Part shown: in pieces, positions 1-9,195 of the stretch
Layout: each line of letters opens with the position of its first letter
How positions within the stretch are numbered: the first letter of the stretch is position 1
Translations under genes and position numbers: made by a program
Assembly (NCBI GenBank): GCA_017412115.1
Contig: JAFPYR010000021.1
Coordinates: 68,644 to 132,643, forward strand
Source of the DNA: Bacteroidales bacterium
Lineage (GTDB): Bacteria; Bacteroidota; Bacteroidia; Bacteroidales; UBA3824
DNA: 64,000 bases
Direction of reading: 5' to 3'
Notes under the pieces: model-generated
The model's input: only the letters and a program-made list of their open reading frames with translations
The model's database searches: none
Told to the model about the DNA's origin: nothing

Positions 1-187
1 CGACAGACTGCTGTATTTTCAAATCGGACTTTCGTTGGCATTGGCACTTGCATTGCTGATAATTAATTACGAAAAGCCGAAAACCGAATATGAAAGCAAC
101 GAAACTCCTATTTTGGGCTTGGAAATGCAATTGATTGGGCCGTCAGATGCCTCAAATCATGTATTACCGCCTGAAATAAAAAAATGA
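1..187 (+). CDS. partial CDS (5' end outside window): small membrane-anchored protein resembling a TonB N-terminal anchor
   Basis: Frame 2 is open from the window edge to TGA 185-187 (...DRLLYFQIGLSLALALALLIINYEKPKTEYESNE...PPEIKK*). It has one hydrophobic helix similar to the anchor of the next gene. Too short for the ORF track. Confidence 0.3.
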   Translation, partial: DRLLYFQIGLSLALALALLIINYEKPKTEYESNETPILGLEMQLIGPSDASNHVLPPEIKK

Positions 188-324
188 AAAAAAAATTAAC
201 TTTAATTTCATTTTGTGAATATAAAGTGTTAATTTAGCGCAGCGAAATTTTAAGGTTTTGTACCGCAATTAGCACCTTTAAAACGTAGATTTTAAATAAT
301 AAACTTAGTAATACTTTAATTAAA

Positions 325-1020
325 ATGGCACAAAAAAAGACAGAAGCGGCTGATCTCGAAGGCAAAAGAGGTTATTTTTTGGAGATTGGTCTTATCGTAA
401 CCCTTGCAGCTTTTCTCGGTATATTCGAGTGGTCTACGAAGGTAGAAAAAGCAGATGAATTAATGGGCGTGCAGACAGTGTTGGAAGAAGAGGACATGAT
501 TCCTATCACCCGTCAAGAGGATGTTGTATTGCCTCCTCCGCCTCCTCCTCAGCAGACTGTTACCGACATTCTTGAGGTCTTGGACGATAAAGTTGAGGTT
601 CAGGACGATTTCTCGGCAGATGAACTTGATGAAGAAGATCAAGTAGATTATTCTGAGCCTATTGTTGAGGTTGAACAAAAAGAAGAAGTAATCGAAGAAC
701 CGGAGATTTTCTTGATCGTAGAGGAAATGCCTGAATTTCCGGGCGGTGAAACCGGTCTTAGAAAATACATCGCTGAAAATGTCCGTTACCCCGAAATGGC
801 TAAAGAAAACGATATTCAAGGTACTGTTTATGTTCGTTTCGTAGTTGATGAAAAAGGCAAAGTAACGAATGTTGAATTGTTGAGAGGTGTTGACCCGTTG
901 TTGGATAAAGAGGCTTTGAGAGTTGTTCAGAGTCTTCCGAACTGGAAACCGGGTAAACAAAGAGGTAAAGCGGTTAAAGTATCGCACTCTGTGCCGATTA
1001 AATTCGCTTTGAAAAATTAG
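325..1020 (+). CDS. energy transducer TonB-family protein
   Basis: N-terminal TM helix, Pro-rich PPPPPPQ linker, acidic spacer, and a C-terminal TonB domain (PEFPGGETGLRKYIAENVRYPEMAKENDIQGTVYVRFVVDEKGKV...PGKQRGKAVKV). Confidence 0.85.
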   Translation: MAQKKTEAADLEGKRGYFLEIGLIVTLAAFLGIFEWSTKVEKADELMGVQTVLEEEDMIPITRQEDVVLPPPPPPQQTVTDILEVLDDKVEVQDDFSADELDEEDQVDYSEPIVEVEQKEEVIEEPEIFLIVEEMPEFPGGETGLRKYIAENVRYPEMAKENDIQGTVYVRFVVDEKGKVTNVELLRGVDPLLDKEALRVVQSLPNWKPGKQRGKAVKVSHSVPIKFALKN

Positions 1021-1043
1021 TTTTTTCTCTTTCATTTTTACAT

Positions 1044-1092
1044 AAAAAAACGGCTGCTCTTAAAAAAAAGAGCAGCCGTTTTATTTTTTTTC
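1044..1092. terminator. bidirectional rho-independent terminator between convergent genes
   Basis: CGGCTGCTCTT-A8-AGAGCAGCCG stem, with an A-run on the left and a T-run on the right. Confidence 0.75.
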
Positions 1093-1094
1093 TT

Positions 1095-2915
1095 TTATTT
1101 CCAATCTTGTTTTTTCTTTTCGTACCAAGATTTCATAATGTAAAACGCCTTTTTCTTTTCGCCGTTGTCTGAGAAAAGACCTTTACGGTTATAATAATCT
1201 TGAATGTCGTTTAAAACTCTGCGGGGCGAACGGAAATCTTTCAAAATCCAAGGTGTTGTTCCTGCAAAACCATCAATTTTGTCTAACATTGCAATGTTTT
1301 GAATGTAAAGATTTTCTTGAAATTCTTCCGTCCAACGTTGATTCTTTTCGCCGTGATAACCATATTTTGCACCGCCGCCAAACTCGCTGATAATCACCGG
1401 TTTATTGTACGGTATTTCCCAAGTCATTTTAGGTGCGTCGTTTACGTCGCGATACCAGCCGATATATTGATTGAAACTGATAACATCAACGTATTTGCTC
1501 ATATTATCCTGAAGTTTGTTATGATAATTTGATGACGAGGTAACTTCCATTGCCATACTTATAAGACGTGTGGAATCCAAATTTTTGGCGTATTGCGCAA
1601 GTTCTGCAAGAAAATTTTCTCTGGCTTGTCCGTGAGGAGTCTCGTTAGCAATCGACCAAATGATAACATTTGCACGGTTTTGATCACGCAAAATCATATC
1701 TTTTAACTGATTTTTTGCATTTTGAAGTGTTGATGGATTTTCCCATGCAATAGTCCAATAAACGGGAATTTCTGACCATACGAGAATACCCATTTTTTCT
1801 GCCGTTCTTACCATGTATTCGTTGTGTGGATAATGCGCCAAACGGACAAAATTGCAGCCGAGTTCTTTTGCCCAACCTAATAATTTTTCAGCGTCTTCTA
1901 CACTGTTAGCACGTCCGCCGCCGTTTGGTTTTTCCTCGTGGATGCTGATTCCGCGTAAGAAAATGGGTTTGCCGTTAAGAATGATTTTTTTGTCCTTAGT
2001 TTCAATCGTGCGGAAACCTATCTCATCTTTTATTGTTGTATTTCCTAACAACAATTCTGCCGCATAAAGTTTCGGATTTTCAGGCGACCATAATTCCAAG
2101 GTTTTAACCTTTATAACGCCGGATATTTTACCGTCGTTGTCCGTTACAAAGCTTTGCTTTAATTTTAATTCCGGAAACGAAATTTCAATGGTTTTGCCCG
2201 AAAGTTTTTGATTGAGATTAGCCGAAAACGCAATTTCACGGAATTTTTGTTTCGGATTTTGAACTTTTTTCAACGTAAAACAATAGTTTTCAATATAAAC
2301 CTCCTCTGTTTCAATCAAAAAAACATCCCTTGTAATGCCGCCGTAATTCCACCAGTCAAAAATCAGAGTCGGAACATTTTCCGCTTTGCGTTTATTATCA
2401 ACTTTTACGATAACAAAATTTTCACCGTCTTTTATCTTGTCCGTAACATCATAATTAAACGCCGTGAAACCGCCTTCATGCCGTCCCAAAAGTTTCCCGT
2501 TAAGATAAACATACGTTTCGTAATTAACTGCTCCAAAGTACAAAATCACCTTCTTGTCTTGCTTTTTCTTATAATCGAACGACTTCTTAAACCATACCGT
2601 TCCCTCATAAAAAAATAACCTCTCATCCTTCGTATTCCAATCCGAAGGAATCTGCATTTGGGGCGCTTTGTCAAAATCATACTCTATCAAATCTTCCGGC
2701 TTCTCAGGCTTGGAATTCAAAAAAAAGCCCCACGATGTCGGATTCATCCTATAATCATAATAGCCTTCTTCTTGAACATCAACGATATAATTCCAATTTC
2801 CGTTGAGAGAAATTTTCTCCCTCGAAAGTACGTTCCCAATTTGCGGAATCTCCTGCGCTTTCGCTCCTAACGAAAACACTATAAAACATATAACCGCTTT
2901 TAATATTCTATTCAT
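1095..2915 (-). CDS. glycoside hydrolase family 2 (beta-glucuronidase/beta-galactosidase-like), secreted
   Basis: 606-aa ORF with a signal peptide. GH2 sugar-binding, Ig-like and TIM-barrel layout. Contains IIWSIANE (acid/base region) and ISEFGG (nucleophile region). Confidence 0.85.
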   Translation of the reverse strand: MNRILKAVICFIVFSLGAKAQEIPQIGNVLSREKISLNGNWNYIVDVQEEGYYDYRMNPTSWGFFLNSKPEKPEDLIEYDFDKAPQMQIPSDWNTKDERLFFYEGTVWFKKSFDYKKKQDKKVILYFGAVNYETYVYLNGKLLGRHEGGFTAFNYDVTDKIKDGENFVIVKVDNKRKAENVPTLIFDWWNYGGITRDVFLIETEEVYIENYCFTLKKVQNPKQKFREIAFSANLNQKLSGKTIEISFPELKLKQSFVTDNDGKISGVIKVKTLELWSPENPKLYAAELLLGNTTIKDEIGFRTIETKDKKIILNGKPIFLRGISIHEEKPNGGGRANSVEDAEKLLGWAKELGCNFVRLAHYPHNEYMVRTAEKMGILVWSEIPVYWTIAWENPSTLQNAKNQLKDMILRDQNRANVIIWSIANETPHGQARENFLAELAQYAKNLDSTRLISMAMEVTSSSNYHNKLQDNMSKYVDVISFNQYIGWYRDVNDAPKMTWEIPYNKPVIISEFGGGAKYGYHGEKNQRWTEEFQENLYIQNIAMLDKIDGFAGTTPWILKDFRSPRRVLNDIQDYYNRKGLFSDNGEKKKAFYIMKSWYEKKKQDWK

Positions 2916-2991
2916 CTTTGTTGAATTTTTAATTGTTATAATTTTTTCTCTACAAATGTACTATGAAATTTTGAAAAAAACAAATGATATG

Positions 2992-3193
2992 CACTACCTA
3001 CGGTAGTGAGTGCGCCTCATGCCGGCGGGGCAGTTCCCTTTTGAAAAAGGGAACCGGAAAACTTTTAGGAGATATAAAAAGGGAAAGCCCCTAAAGGCTT
3101 TCCCTTTTTATATCTCACAGAAGTTCTTTGGTTCTTTCTTTCAAGAAAGAACAGCCCCCGCGGCTTGAGCGGCATTCACCGCTGTAAGCGGTG
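2992..3193 (+). repeat. structured intergenic repeat, copy A (multi-hairpin; REP/MITE-like element or ncRNA)
   Basis: About 96% identical over its ~152-nt core to 35701-35850. Hairpins: CACTACC/GGTAGTG, GTTCCCTTT/AAAGGGAAC, a 21-bp perfect stem GAGATATAAAAAGGGAAAGCC/GGCTTTCCCTTTTTATATCTC, GTTCTTTCT/AGAAAGAAC, and CACCGC/GCGGTG. GC-rich outer arms GCCGGCGGGGC...GCCCCCGCGGC. Confidence 0.7.
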
Positions 3194-3194
3194 T

Positions 3195-3449
3195 TTAATC
3201 ATTGCTTTTTTTCATAATAGCATAGATTTCGAAGCAAAATCCGAATAGGACGACGATTGGAGCGAGAGTTATGTGTGTGAAGCTGAATATTGATTCGTCG
3301 AAGACGTTAGGGTCGTCGGAGCCGCCGCCGCCCATGAGGATAAAACCTATTAGGATAATGCCTAAACCTATTAGCATGAGTTTGTAGTTCTCTTTAGAGA
3401 GAGCCATTGAGAATTTAGAATCTTCTTTGTTATCGTTTTTTACTTCCAT
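3195..3449 (-). CDS. DUF3098-like small membrane protein
   Basis: 84 aa with two TM helices and a GGGGSDDP loop. Resembles the small Bacteroidota DUF3098 family (recalled, not searched). Confidence 0.55.
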   Translation of the reverse strand: MEVKNDNKEDSKFSMALSKENYKLMLIGLGIILIGFILMGGGGSDDPNVFDESIFSFTHITLAPIVVLFGFCFEIYAIMKKSND

Positions 3450-3464
3450 AATTTTGTGTGAATT

Positions 3465-4916
3465 TTATAGTTGTGGGAGTTCTCCGGTTATGAGGCGGAA
3501 AGTTAAGAGTGAAGTCATAGACACGCCTAATATGCCGTGAAGTCCTATATTTTGTCCTGTCCAGTAGATGTTGGAGGCGAGTTTTTGGAACGGCATTTTT
3601 TTGATTAAGCCGTAAGCACTGCCTTGAGCTGTTGAGGTGTAGTTTTGATATGTCAGGGGTGTTGAAACGTAGAATTTATCGACTGCGTTTTTTAGACCCG
3701 GAACATATTCTTGAGCAAGGTCAAGAAGTTGTTGAGCTTTTTGGAGTTTAAAATCTTCGTATTCTTTGCCTCTATGCATCGGGAGTGTGCCGTTATCGAA
3801 TTTTTCGACATCTTGATAGAGCATAGGCGTTAGAATATCAATGTTTTGAGCATAATCGCCTTGTTCGGGAACGGTGTAGCTGATAAGTGCGCATGAGGGT
3901 TTAAGAGAAGCTTTTTGAAAGCCTTCGCTCCAAATATCTTGAGTTTTGTGAATGTAGATATTGTTGTTTTGATATTTTAGAACGTCTTTTTTTAATGCGA
4001 TATTAACAGTAAACATTCCGAAACTGTTTTCTAATGCGGCATAGCGGCGTTTTTGAGCAGCGCGGACAAAGGTTACTTTGTCTAACATCGACATTAACTC
4101 TTTCGGGTGCACGTTTGAGACCACGTTTTTAACTTCGATTTTGCCTTTTCCTAAGATTTCCACGGCGGAGATTTCACCGTTTTTTTCTTCTAAGGATATG
4201 ACTTTGGAATCTGTTAAAATTTCACCACCGAATTTTTTAATATCTTCAGCGAGTTTTTGTGCAATTTGCATTCCGCCGCCTTTGATTCTGTACGCACTTT
4301 GAATGAAAGACGAATTGATTTGAGCGAAATGATAAAGCGGTAGTTTGTCAGTCAGCGGCAATTTCGGCGATGTACCCGACAAAACATTTTTTAAATTTTC
4401 ATCGGTTATAACGCTATCGAGATATTCTTTTGCCGGTTTGCTAAAAGGTGATTCGCTGTTTAGAATTTCTTCTTGAGTGCGGTTGAACGCCTCAAAAATA
4501 TTTTCACCGATTTCTTGAATAAAAGCGGTGTAGTTTTTAAGGTTTTCTTTTTGAGCGGGAAAATATTCCGTCATTTGTTCGCGGAAATTTTCGTAACCGT
4601 TTTTGAAAAGATATTTTTTGTCTTGATAATAGACATGATCAAACCCTTGAGTATCCATTTTGACCCACGGTAAGTCGATGAGGTTGAAGAGTTTGAAAAT
4701 TCTGTTGAGCGGCTGACCTTCGTCCAAACCGCCGATGTAATGAAATCCTGTATCAAAACATTGCGAGCCACGTTTAAAAGTTTGCAAACAGCCTCCTAAG
4801 AGTTTGCCTTGTTCCAAAACAATAACTTTCATACCTTTTTTTGCTAAAAGATATGCAGTTTGCAAACCACCTAAACCTGCTCCTATAACAGCTACGTCGT
4901 ACATTTTTCCCAACAA
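3465..4916 (-). CDS. NAD(P)/FAD-dependent oxidoreductase, phytoene desaturase (CrtI)-like
   Basis: N-terminal dinucleotide fold VAVIGAGLGGLQTAYLLAKKGMKVIVLEQ. 483 aa, CrtI-family length and layout. Last large gene of the ACP operon. Confidence 0.8.
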   Translation of the reverse strand: MLGKMYDVAVIGAGLGGLQTAYLLAKKGMKVIVLEQGKLLGGCLQTFKRGSQCFDTGFHYIGGLDEGQPLNRIFKLFNLIDLPWVKMDTQGFDHVYYQDKKYLFKNGYENFREQMTEYFPAQKENLKNYTAFIQEIGENIFEAFNRTQEEILNSESPFSKPAKEYLDSVITDENLKNVLSGTSPKLPLTDKLPLYHFAQINSSFIQSAYRIKGGGMQIAQKLAEDIKKFGGEILTDSKVISLEEKNGEISAVEILGKGKIEVKNVVSNVHPKELMSMLDKVTFVRAAQKRRYAALENSFGMFTVNIALKKDVLKYQNNNIYIHKTQDIWSEGFQKASLKPSCALISYTVPEQGDYAQNIDILTPMLYQDVEKFDNGTLPMHRGKEYEDFKLQKAQQLLDLAQEYVPGLKNAVDKFYVSTPLTYQNYTSTAQGSAYGLIKKMPFQKLASNIYWTGQNIGLHGILGVSMTSLLTFRLITGELPQL

Positions 4917-4922
4917 AAAAAA

Positions 4923-5285
4923 TTAAAGTCTATCGCATACAATACCCGAAAGGGTCATGTAAGTTGTTTGATTGAAGAAAATTTCCGCTGAAAGTTTTTC
5001 TCCCTCGTCTACTTTTATTTTGACATTTAAGGTAGGGGAGCCATCGGGGGTTACCATTGCCGTAAGACGACATCTGTCTATTGTTTTCAGTGTTAAAGGT
5101 TTACTTAGAACGTCCTCGGCTAACTCCTTAATCATCTGAATATTACAAACGCCGGGAGTAATCGGTTTTTCAGGAAAATGTCCCTGATAAACTTTATGTT
5201 TAGTGTTAAGGCTTACTTCGTAAAGGAAACCGCCGTCTTCGAGGGATTCTTTTTTATTGACGTAATAAAAATCTTCTATTAACAT
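4923..5285 (-). CDS. hotdog-fold 3-hydroxyacyl-ACP dehydratase (FabZ/ApeI-like)
   Basis: 120 aa with YQGHFPEKPITPGV, matching the FabA/FabZ active-site His motif region. Confidence 0.7.
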   Translation of the reverse strand: MLIEDFYYVNKKESLEDGGFLYEVSLNTKHKVYQGHFPEKPITPGVCNIQMIKELAEDVLSKPLTLKTIDRCRLTAMVTPDGSPTLNVKIKVDEGEKLSAEIFFNQTTYMTLSGIVCDRL

Positions 5286-5306
5286 GATGTTTTTTCAAAT
5301 TAAGAG

Positions 5307-5753
5307 TTAGCGGGAAAAAAATCCCCAGCGGTCTTTCCACTGAGCGTAAAATTCGGGATTTGAAGCTTCAAAAACACCGCTTCTGGTAACGAATAATTGA
5401 GTGGTTTGAGCCTCAATGATTACTGCGCCGTCGCTTTTTCGGGTTATGAGATAATTGAAAACCATTTTTGCGCTGCGCGTGGGAACGTAAGTAATCTTTA
5501 CATTAAGTAACTCGCTGATACGTGCTGAATTTTTGTATTTTATGTGCATATCTGCAACGGGTGCGAGATAGCCGCTGTTAAAAATATGAAGGTATTCAAA
5601 GCCGTATTTTGCGCCGAATTTTTCCCGTGCATCTTCCATGTATTTTACATAATTGCCGTGCCAGACCATTTGTATTCCGTCCAAATCATAAAACGGAACT
5701 TGAAAATCATAGTCAAGGCTCAAAACGGGAGCATTTTCAGTTTTGAGTTCCAT
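5307..5753 (-). CDS. acyl-CoA/acyl-ACP thioesterase (4HBT/YbgC-like hotdog)
   Basis: The track ORF extends to 5789, but an internal ATG at 5753 forms a TAATG stop/start overlap with the upstream gene. VPFYDLDGIQMVWHGNYVKYMEDAR is typical of 4HBT thioesterases. Confidence 0.7.
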   Translation of the reverse strand: MELKTENAPVLSLDYDFQVPFYDLDGIQMVWHGNYVKYMEDAREKFGAKYGFEYLHIFNSGYLAPVADMHIKYKNSARISELLNVKITYVPTRSAKMVFNYLITRKSDGAVIIEAQTTQLFVTRSGVFEASNPEFYAQWKDRWGFFSR

Positions 5754-6190
5754 TATTTCTTTTTGTCCATAAAAATTTTGATCTTGCAAGATGCAGCTGT
5801 TTTACCGTTGATTTTAGTAACTGCATTCATTAGCGTGATATTCAATGCGTTGGACACAACAACAAGAGATGACTCCAATTCATCTCCGACTTTAGCGGGA
5901 ATTTCGAGATTAAACTTTTTGATTTCGGCGATATAGCCCAAAACAATCGGTCTTTTGTTTATCCAATCATTGTAACCTGCAAAACAAGCCGCCGACTGTG
6001 CAATGTGTTCTATCATGCCCGATTCAGAAAACGAATTGCCGGAGACAAAAATATTGCCCCCGTCAATTGTAAGTCCTGTTTCGACCGAAGAGTCGTTAGC
6101 AGCAAAAATTTTGTCCACCATCAACATCGGTTCGCGTTGAGGTATAAAAGTTTTAATCTCTTCTCCTGCGTACATTACAGGTGCAGACAT
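5753..6190 (-). CDS. hotdog-fold dehydratase (ApeP/FabA-like)
   Basis: 145 aa. IPQREPMLMVDKI...GMIEHIAQSAA pattern resembles beta-hydroxyacyl-ACP dehydratases of aryl-polyene/flexirubin-type clusters. Confidence 0.6.
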   Translation of the reverse strand: MSAPVMYAGEEIKTFIPQREPMLMVDKIFAANDSSVETGLTIDGGNIFVSGNSFSESGMIEHIAQSAACFAGYNDWINKRPIVLGYIAEIKKFNLEIPAKVGDELESSLVVVSNALNITLMNAVTKINGKTAASCKIKIFMDKKK

Positions 6191-6202
6191 TTTTCCCTTT
6201 TT

Positions 6203-6448
6203 TTAAGCGTTGAGTTTGTCGAAAACAAAATCGTAAAGATTTTGGAAAGTTTTAACCTGAGATACGCTCTGACCTTTGATTTCAACGCCGAATTCTTCCT
6301 CTACCAAAGCAATCATGTCTACGAGACTAAGACTGTCTAATTGCAAGGTTTCCTTGATGTTAGCATCAGGAGTGATTGAAGATTCTTCTACTTCAAATTC
6401 GTTAGCGAGAACGGAATTCATTTTTGCTATGAGTTCGTTTTTTTTCAT
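6203..6448 (-). CDS. acyl carrier protein
   Basis: 81 aa with LQLDSLSLVDMIALVEEEFG, the phosphopantetheine DSL motif. Confidence 0.85.
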   Translation of the reverse strand: MKKNELIAKMNSVLANEFEVEESSITPDANIKETLQLDSLSLVDMIALVEEEFGVEIKGQSVSQVKTFQNLYDFVFDKLNA

Positions 6449-6680
6449 TTTGATTAAATATGTTTTTGATAATAAATATTAAGTGTGGCTGCAAAGTTCG
6501 TGATTTTTTTTCAGTATGGCAAAAAAAATCCGTTAAAAAAATAATAAGATTGCAAAAATTCGGATAATGCAGTTTTTTTGCCTTATTATCCGTTTTGTGC
6601 TTTTCCTTTTTTGATGTTAAGTTAGAAAATATTTTTTGCAAAAAAAAGAAATTTGCAATAGAAGAAAGGGATTTATGATT

Positions 6681-8609
6681 TTAAATCCCTTTTTCATATT
6701 CTTCAGTTGCTTTTTCCCAGATTTCCATTTCTTTTTCTAATTCGGCTTTGATTTCGTCGTAACGTTTAAACAAATCCATATCAGTTTGGTTTTCCGGGAG
6801 TTCTAATTTTTTTTGGACCTCTGACAAATCTGCTTCTAATTCTGCAATCCTTTTCTCTGACTTTTCGACAGCAGATTTTAGTTTTCTGACCGCTTTTTCC
6901 TTTTCTTTCTTTTGAAGATAATCCTGCTTTGAAGATGTTGGTGCAGCAGTTTCTGTTTTAACGGTTTGCTTATCGCCTTGAAGTTCAAACTGCCGCATAT
7001 TTTCCAATTTTAGTTTCTCTAAGAAATATGTTATGTCGCCGCGGTACTGTTTTACTTTTTTGTCCTTGAACTCATAAACGGTTTCAGCCAAGCCGTGAAG
7101 AAAATCTCTATCGTGAGAAACCAAAATAAGTGTGCCGTCATACGCCAAAAGTGCCTTTTTCAAAATATCTTTGCTCCTGATGTCTAAGTGGTTAGTCGGC
7201 TCGTCAAGCACCAAAAGCGAATACGGTTGAAAAAGAAGTTTCGCCATTTCGAGTCTTGCTCTTTCGCCGCCTGATAAGACTTTTACTTTTTTGTCGATGT
7301 CTTCACCGCCAAAAAGGAACGCACCAAGAATATCACGAACTTTTGTTCTCATATCGCCCGTTGCAATATCGTCAAGTGTTTGAAAAACAGTCTTTTCCAT
7401 ATCCAAAAGTTCGTCCTGATTCTGAGCGTAATAACCGATTGAAACATTGTAACCGAGTTTTAGTTCGCCTTCAAAGGGCAACTGACCGATAATGCAGCGC
7501 GAAAACGTTGTTTTACCTTCGCCGTTTCGTCCTACAAAAGCCACTTTTTCGCCCCTTTGCAACTCAAAATCAACACCGTCCAAAATCACTTTTTCTCCGA
7601 AAGCCTTTTTAAAATTAGAGGCCTTCACTACAATTTGACCTGAACGCGGTGCGGGCGGAAATTTAAAATGAATTGACGAATTATCTTCCAAATCAACTTC
7701 CAAACGCTCCATCTTTTCAAGCATTTTTATACGCGATTGCACCTGATTAGATTTCGTCGGTTTATAACGAAAACGCTCGATAAAATCTTCGGTATCCTGA
7801 ATGATTTTTTGCTGGTTTTCGTATGCGGCAATTTGTTGACGGCGACGCTCTTGTCTTAATTCCAAATATTTGGTGTACGGCGCATTGTAGTCGTAAATTT
7901 TTCCGAGCGAAATTTCAACGGTGCGTTTTGTAACGTTGTCCAAGAAACTCCTATCGTGCGAAATCAAAACAACCGCTCCTGCATAATCCTTCAAAAAATC
8001 TTCCAACCACTGAATTGACTCAATATCAAGGTGGTTAGTCGGCTCGTCAAGCAGAAAAACTGACGGTTTTCTCAAAATGACTTTTGCTAAAATGATTCTC
8101 ATCTTCCAACCGCCTGAAAATTCCGAAGTCATTCTGCTGAAATCACTTTGTTTAAAACCCAAACCTTTCAATACAACCTCTGCTTGTGCCTCATTTTGAT
8201 CGTTAGCAAGGAGTTGAAGTCTGTCCTGAGTTTCTGTCAAACGGTTTATTAATTGTAGATAATCGTCTGTTTCGTAATCAGTTCTATCGGCTATTTCAAG
8301 TGAAAGTTTATTAACTTCTTCCTCCAATTTTTTCTTATCTTCAAAACAAGTAAGCGTTTCAGCGATAACGGTTCTGCCCTTTGGTAGATCCATTTGTTGC
8401 GGCAAATAACCGATTGAAACTCCGCCCGGAATAGTAACACTGCCTCTTTCAACGGGTTGTTCTCCCGTGATGACTTTTAGAAGCGTGGATTTTCCTGCGC
8501 CGTTTTTTCCCGTCAGACCGATTCTGTCTTTCGGATTAATTACAAAACTTATGTCTTGAAAAAGGTCTGTGCCTGAAAATGTTACCGTTACGTTGTTGAT
8601 TGAAATCAT
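6681..8609 (-). CDS. ABC-F family ATPase (no membrane domain)
   Basis: Two ABC cassettes (GKNGAGKST and GRNGEGKTT; LSGGWKMR and LSGGERAR) and a C-terminal charged coiled coil. Confidence 0.9.
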   Translation of the reverse strand: MISINNVTVTFSGTDLFQDISFVINPKDRIGLTGKNGAGKSTLLKVITGEQPVERGSVTIPGGVSIGYLPQQMDLPKGRTVIAETLTCFEDKKKLEEEVNKLSLEIADRTDYETDDYLQLINRLTETQDRLQLLANDQNEAQAEVVLKGLGFKQSDFSRMTSEFSGGWKMRIILAKVILRKPSVFLLDEPTNHLDIESIQWLEDFLKDYAGAVVLISHDRSFLDNVTKRTVEISLGKIYDYNAPYTKYLELRQERRRQQIAAYENQQKIIQDTEDFIERFRYKPTKSNQVQSRIKMLEKMERLEVDLEDNSSIHFKFPPAPRSGQIVVKASNFKKAFGEKVILDGVDFELQRGEKVAFVGRNGEGKTTFSRCIIGQLPFEGELKLGYNVSIGYYAQNQDELLDMEKTVFQTLDDIATGDMRTKVRDILGAFLFGGEDIDKKVKVLSGGERARLEMAKLLFQPYSLLVLDEPTNHLDIRSKDILKKALLAYDGTLILVSHDRDFLHGLAETVYEFKDKKVKQYRGDITYFLEKLKLENMRQFELQGDKQTVKTETAAPTSSKQDYLQKKEKEKAVRKLKSAVEKSEKRIAELEADLSEVQKKLELPENQTDMDLFKRYDEIKAELEKEMEIWEKATEEYEKGI

Positions 8610-8697
8610 TTTAAATCAATTCTATAAAAAATTTTCGCAAAGTTAAGAATTGATAATGGATTTTGCAAATAAACATCATTTTTACACCATTTCTAAT

Positions 8698-9186
8698 TTA
8701 TGCAATTTTCTCCACTTTCCCAGAGTCTTGACATTCCTCTAAAAGTTGACGGACTGTTTTCTTAAAAACGGGATGAATGAAATCCGGCGCAATTTCTGTT
8801 AAAGGCACTAAAACAAATCTCCTTTCTTGCATAAGTCTGTGCGGGACAATTAATTGCGGTTCGTTTGAGATTATTTCTTCGCCGTAAAAAATAATGTCAA
8901 TATCTATTGTTCTTGCCTGATAACCTTTTTGTGTCCTTTTGCGCCCTAAAAGTTTTTCAATTTCTGAAATCTTCTTTAAAACTTCTTCCGCCGAAAAACT
9001 TGTTTCAAAAATAACTGCTTGATTCAGATATTGTTGATCCGTGTAACCCCAAGCATCGGTTTGATAATAAGAAGATTTTTTTTTGAGAGTTCCGATTTCA
9101 TTTTCCAATTCTGAAACCGCTTTTTTTAGCCATAAATCTCTATTGCCGAGATTACTGCCTAACATCAAAAAAACTTTTTCACTCAT
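8698..9186 (-). CDS. folK: 2-amino-4-hydroxy-6-hydroxymethyldihydropteridine diphosphokinase
   Basis: LGSNLGNR...TIDIDIIFYG...VPHRLMQERRFVLVPLTEIAP, canonical HPPK motifs. Confidence 0.85.
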   Translation of the reverse strand: MSEKVFLMLGSNLGNRDLWLKKAVSELENEIGTLKKKSSYYQTDAWGYTDQQYLNQAVIFETSFSAEEVLKKISEIEKLLGRKRTQKGYQARTIDIDIIFYGEEIISNEPQLIVPHRLMQERRFVLVPLTEIAPDFIHPVFKKTVRQLLEECQDSGKVEKIA

Positions 9187-9195
9187 AATTTTTTT

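Noticed and set aside
460-1035. 191-aa antisense ORF inside the TonB-family gene, plus similar shadow ORFs inside GH2, hemA (54675-55418), the glycogen enzyme and the MCP
   Set aside because: They fully overlap genes with clear homology on the other strand, and their products are low-complexity or biased. These are typical shadow ORFs.
6402-6641. 79-aa minus-strand ORF upstream of and overlapping the ACP gene
   Set aside because: It overlaps the ACP N-terminus out of frame and spans the A/T-rich promoter region. Its product is Lys/Phe-rich junk.
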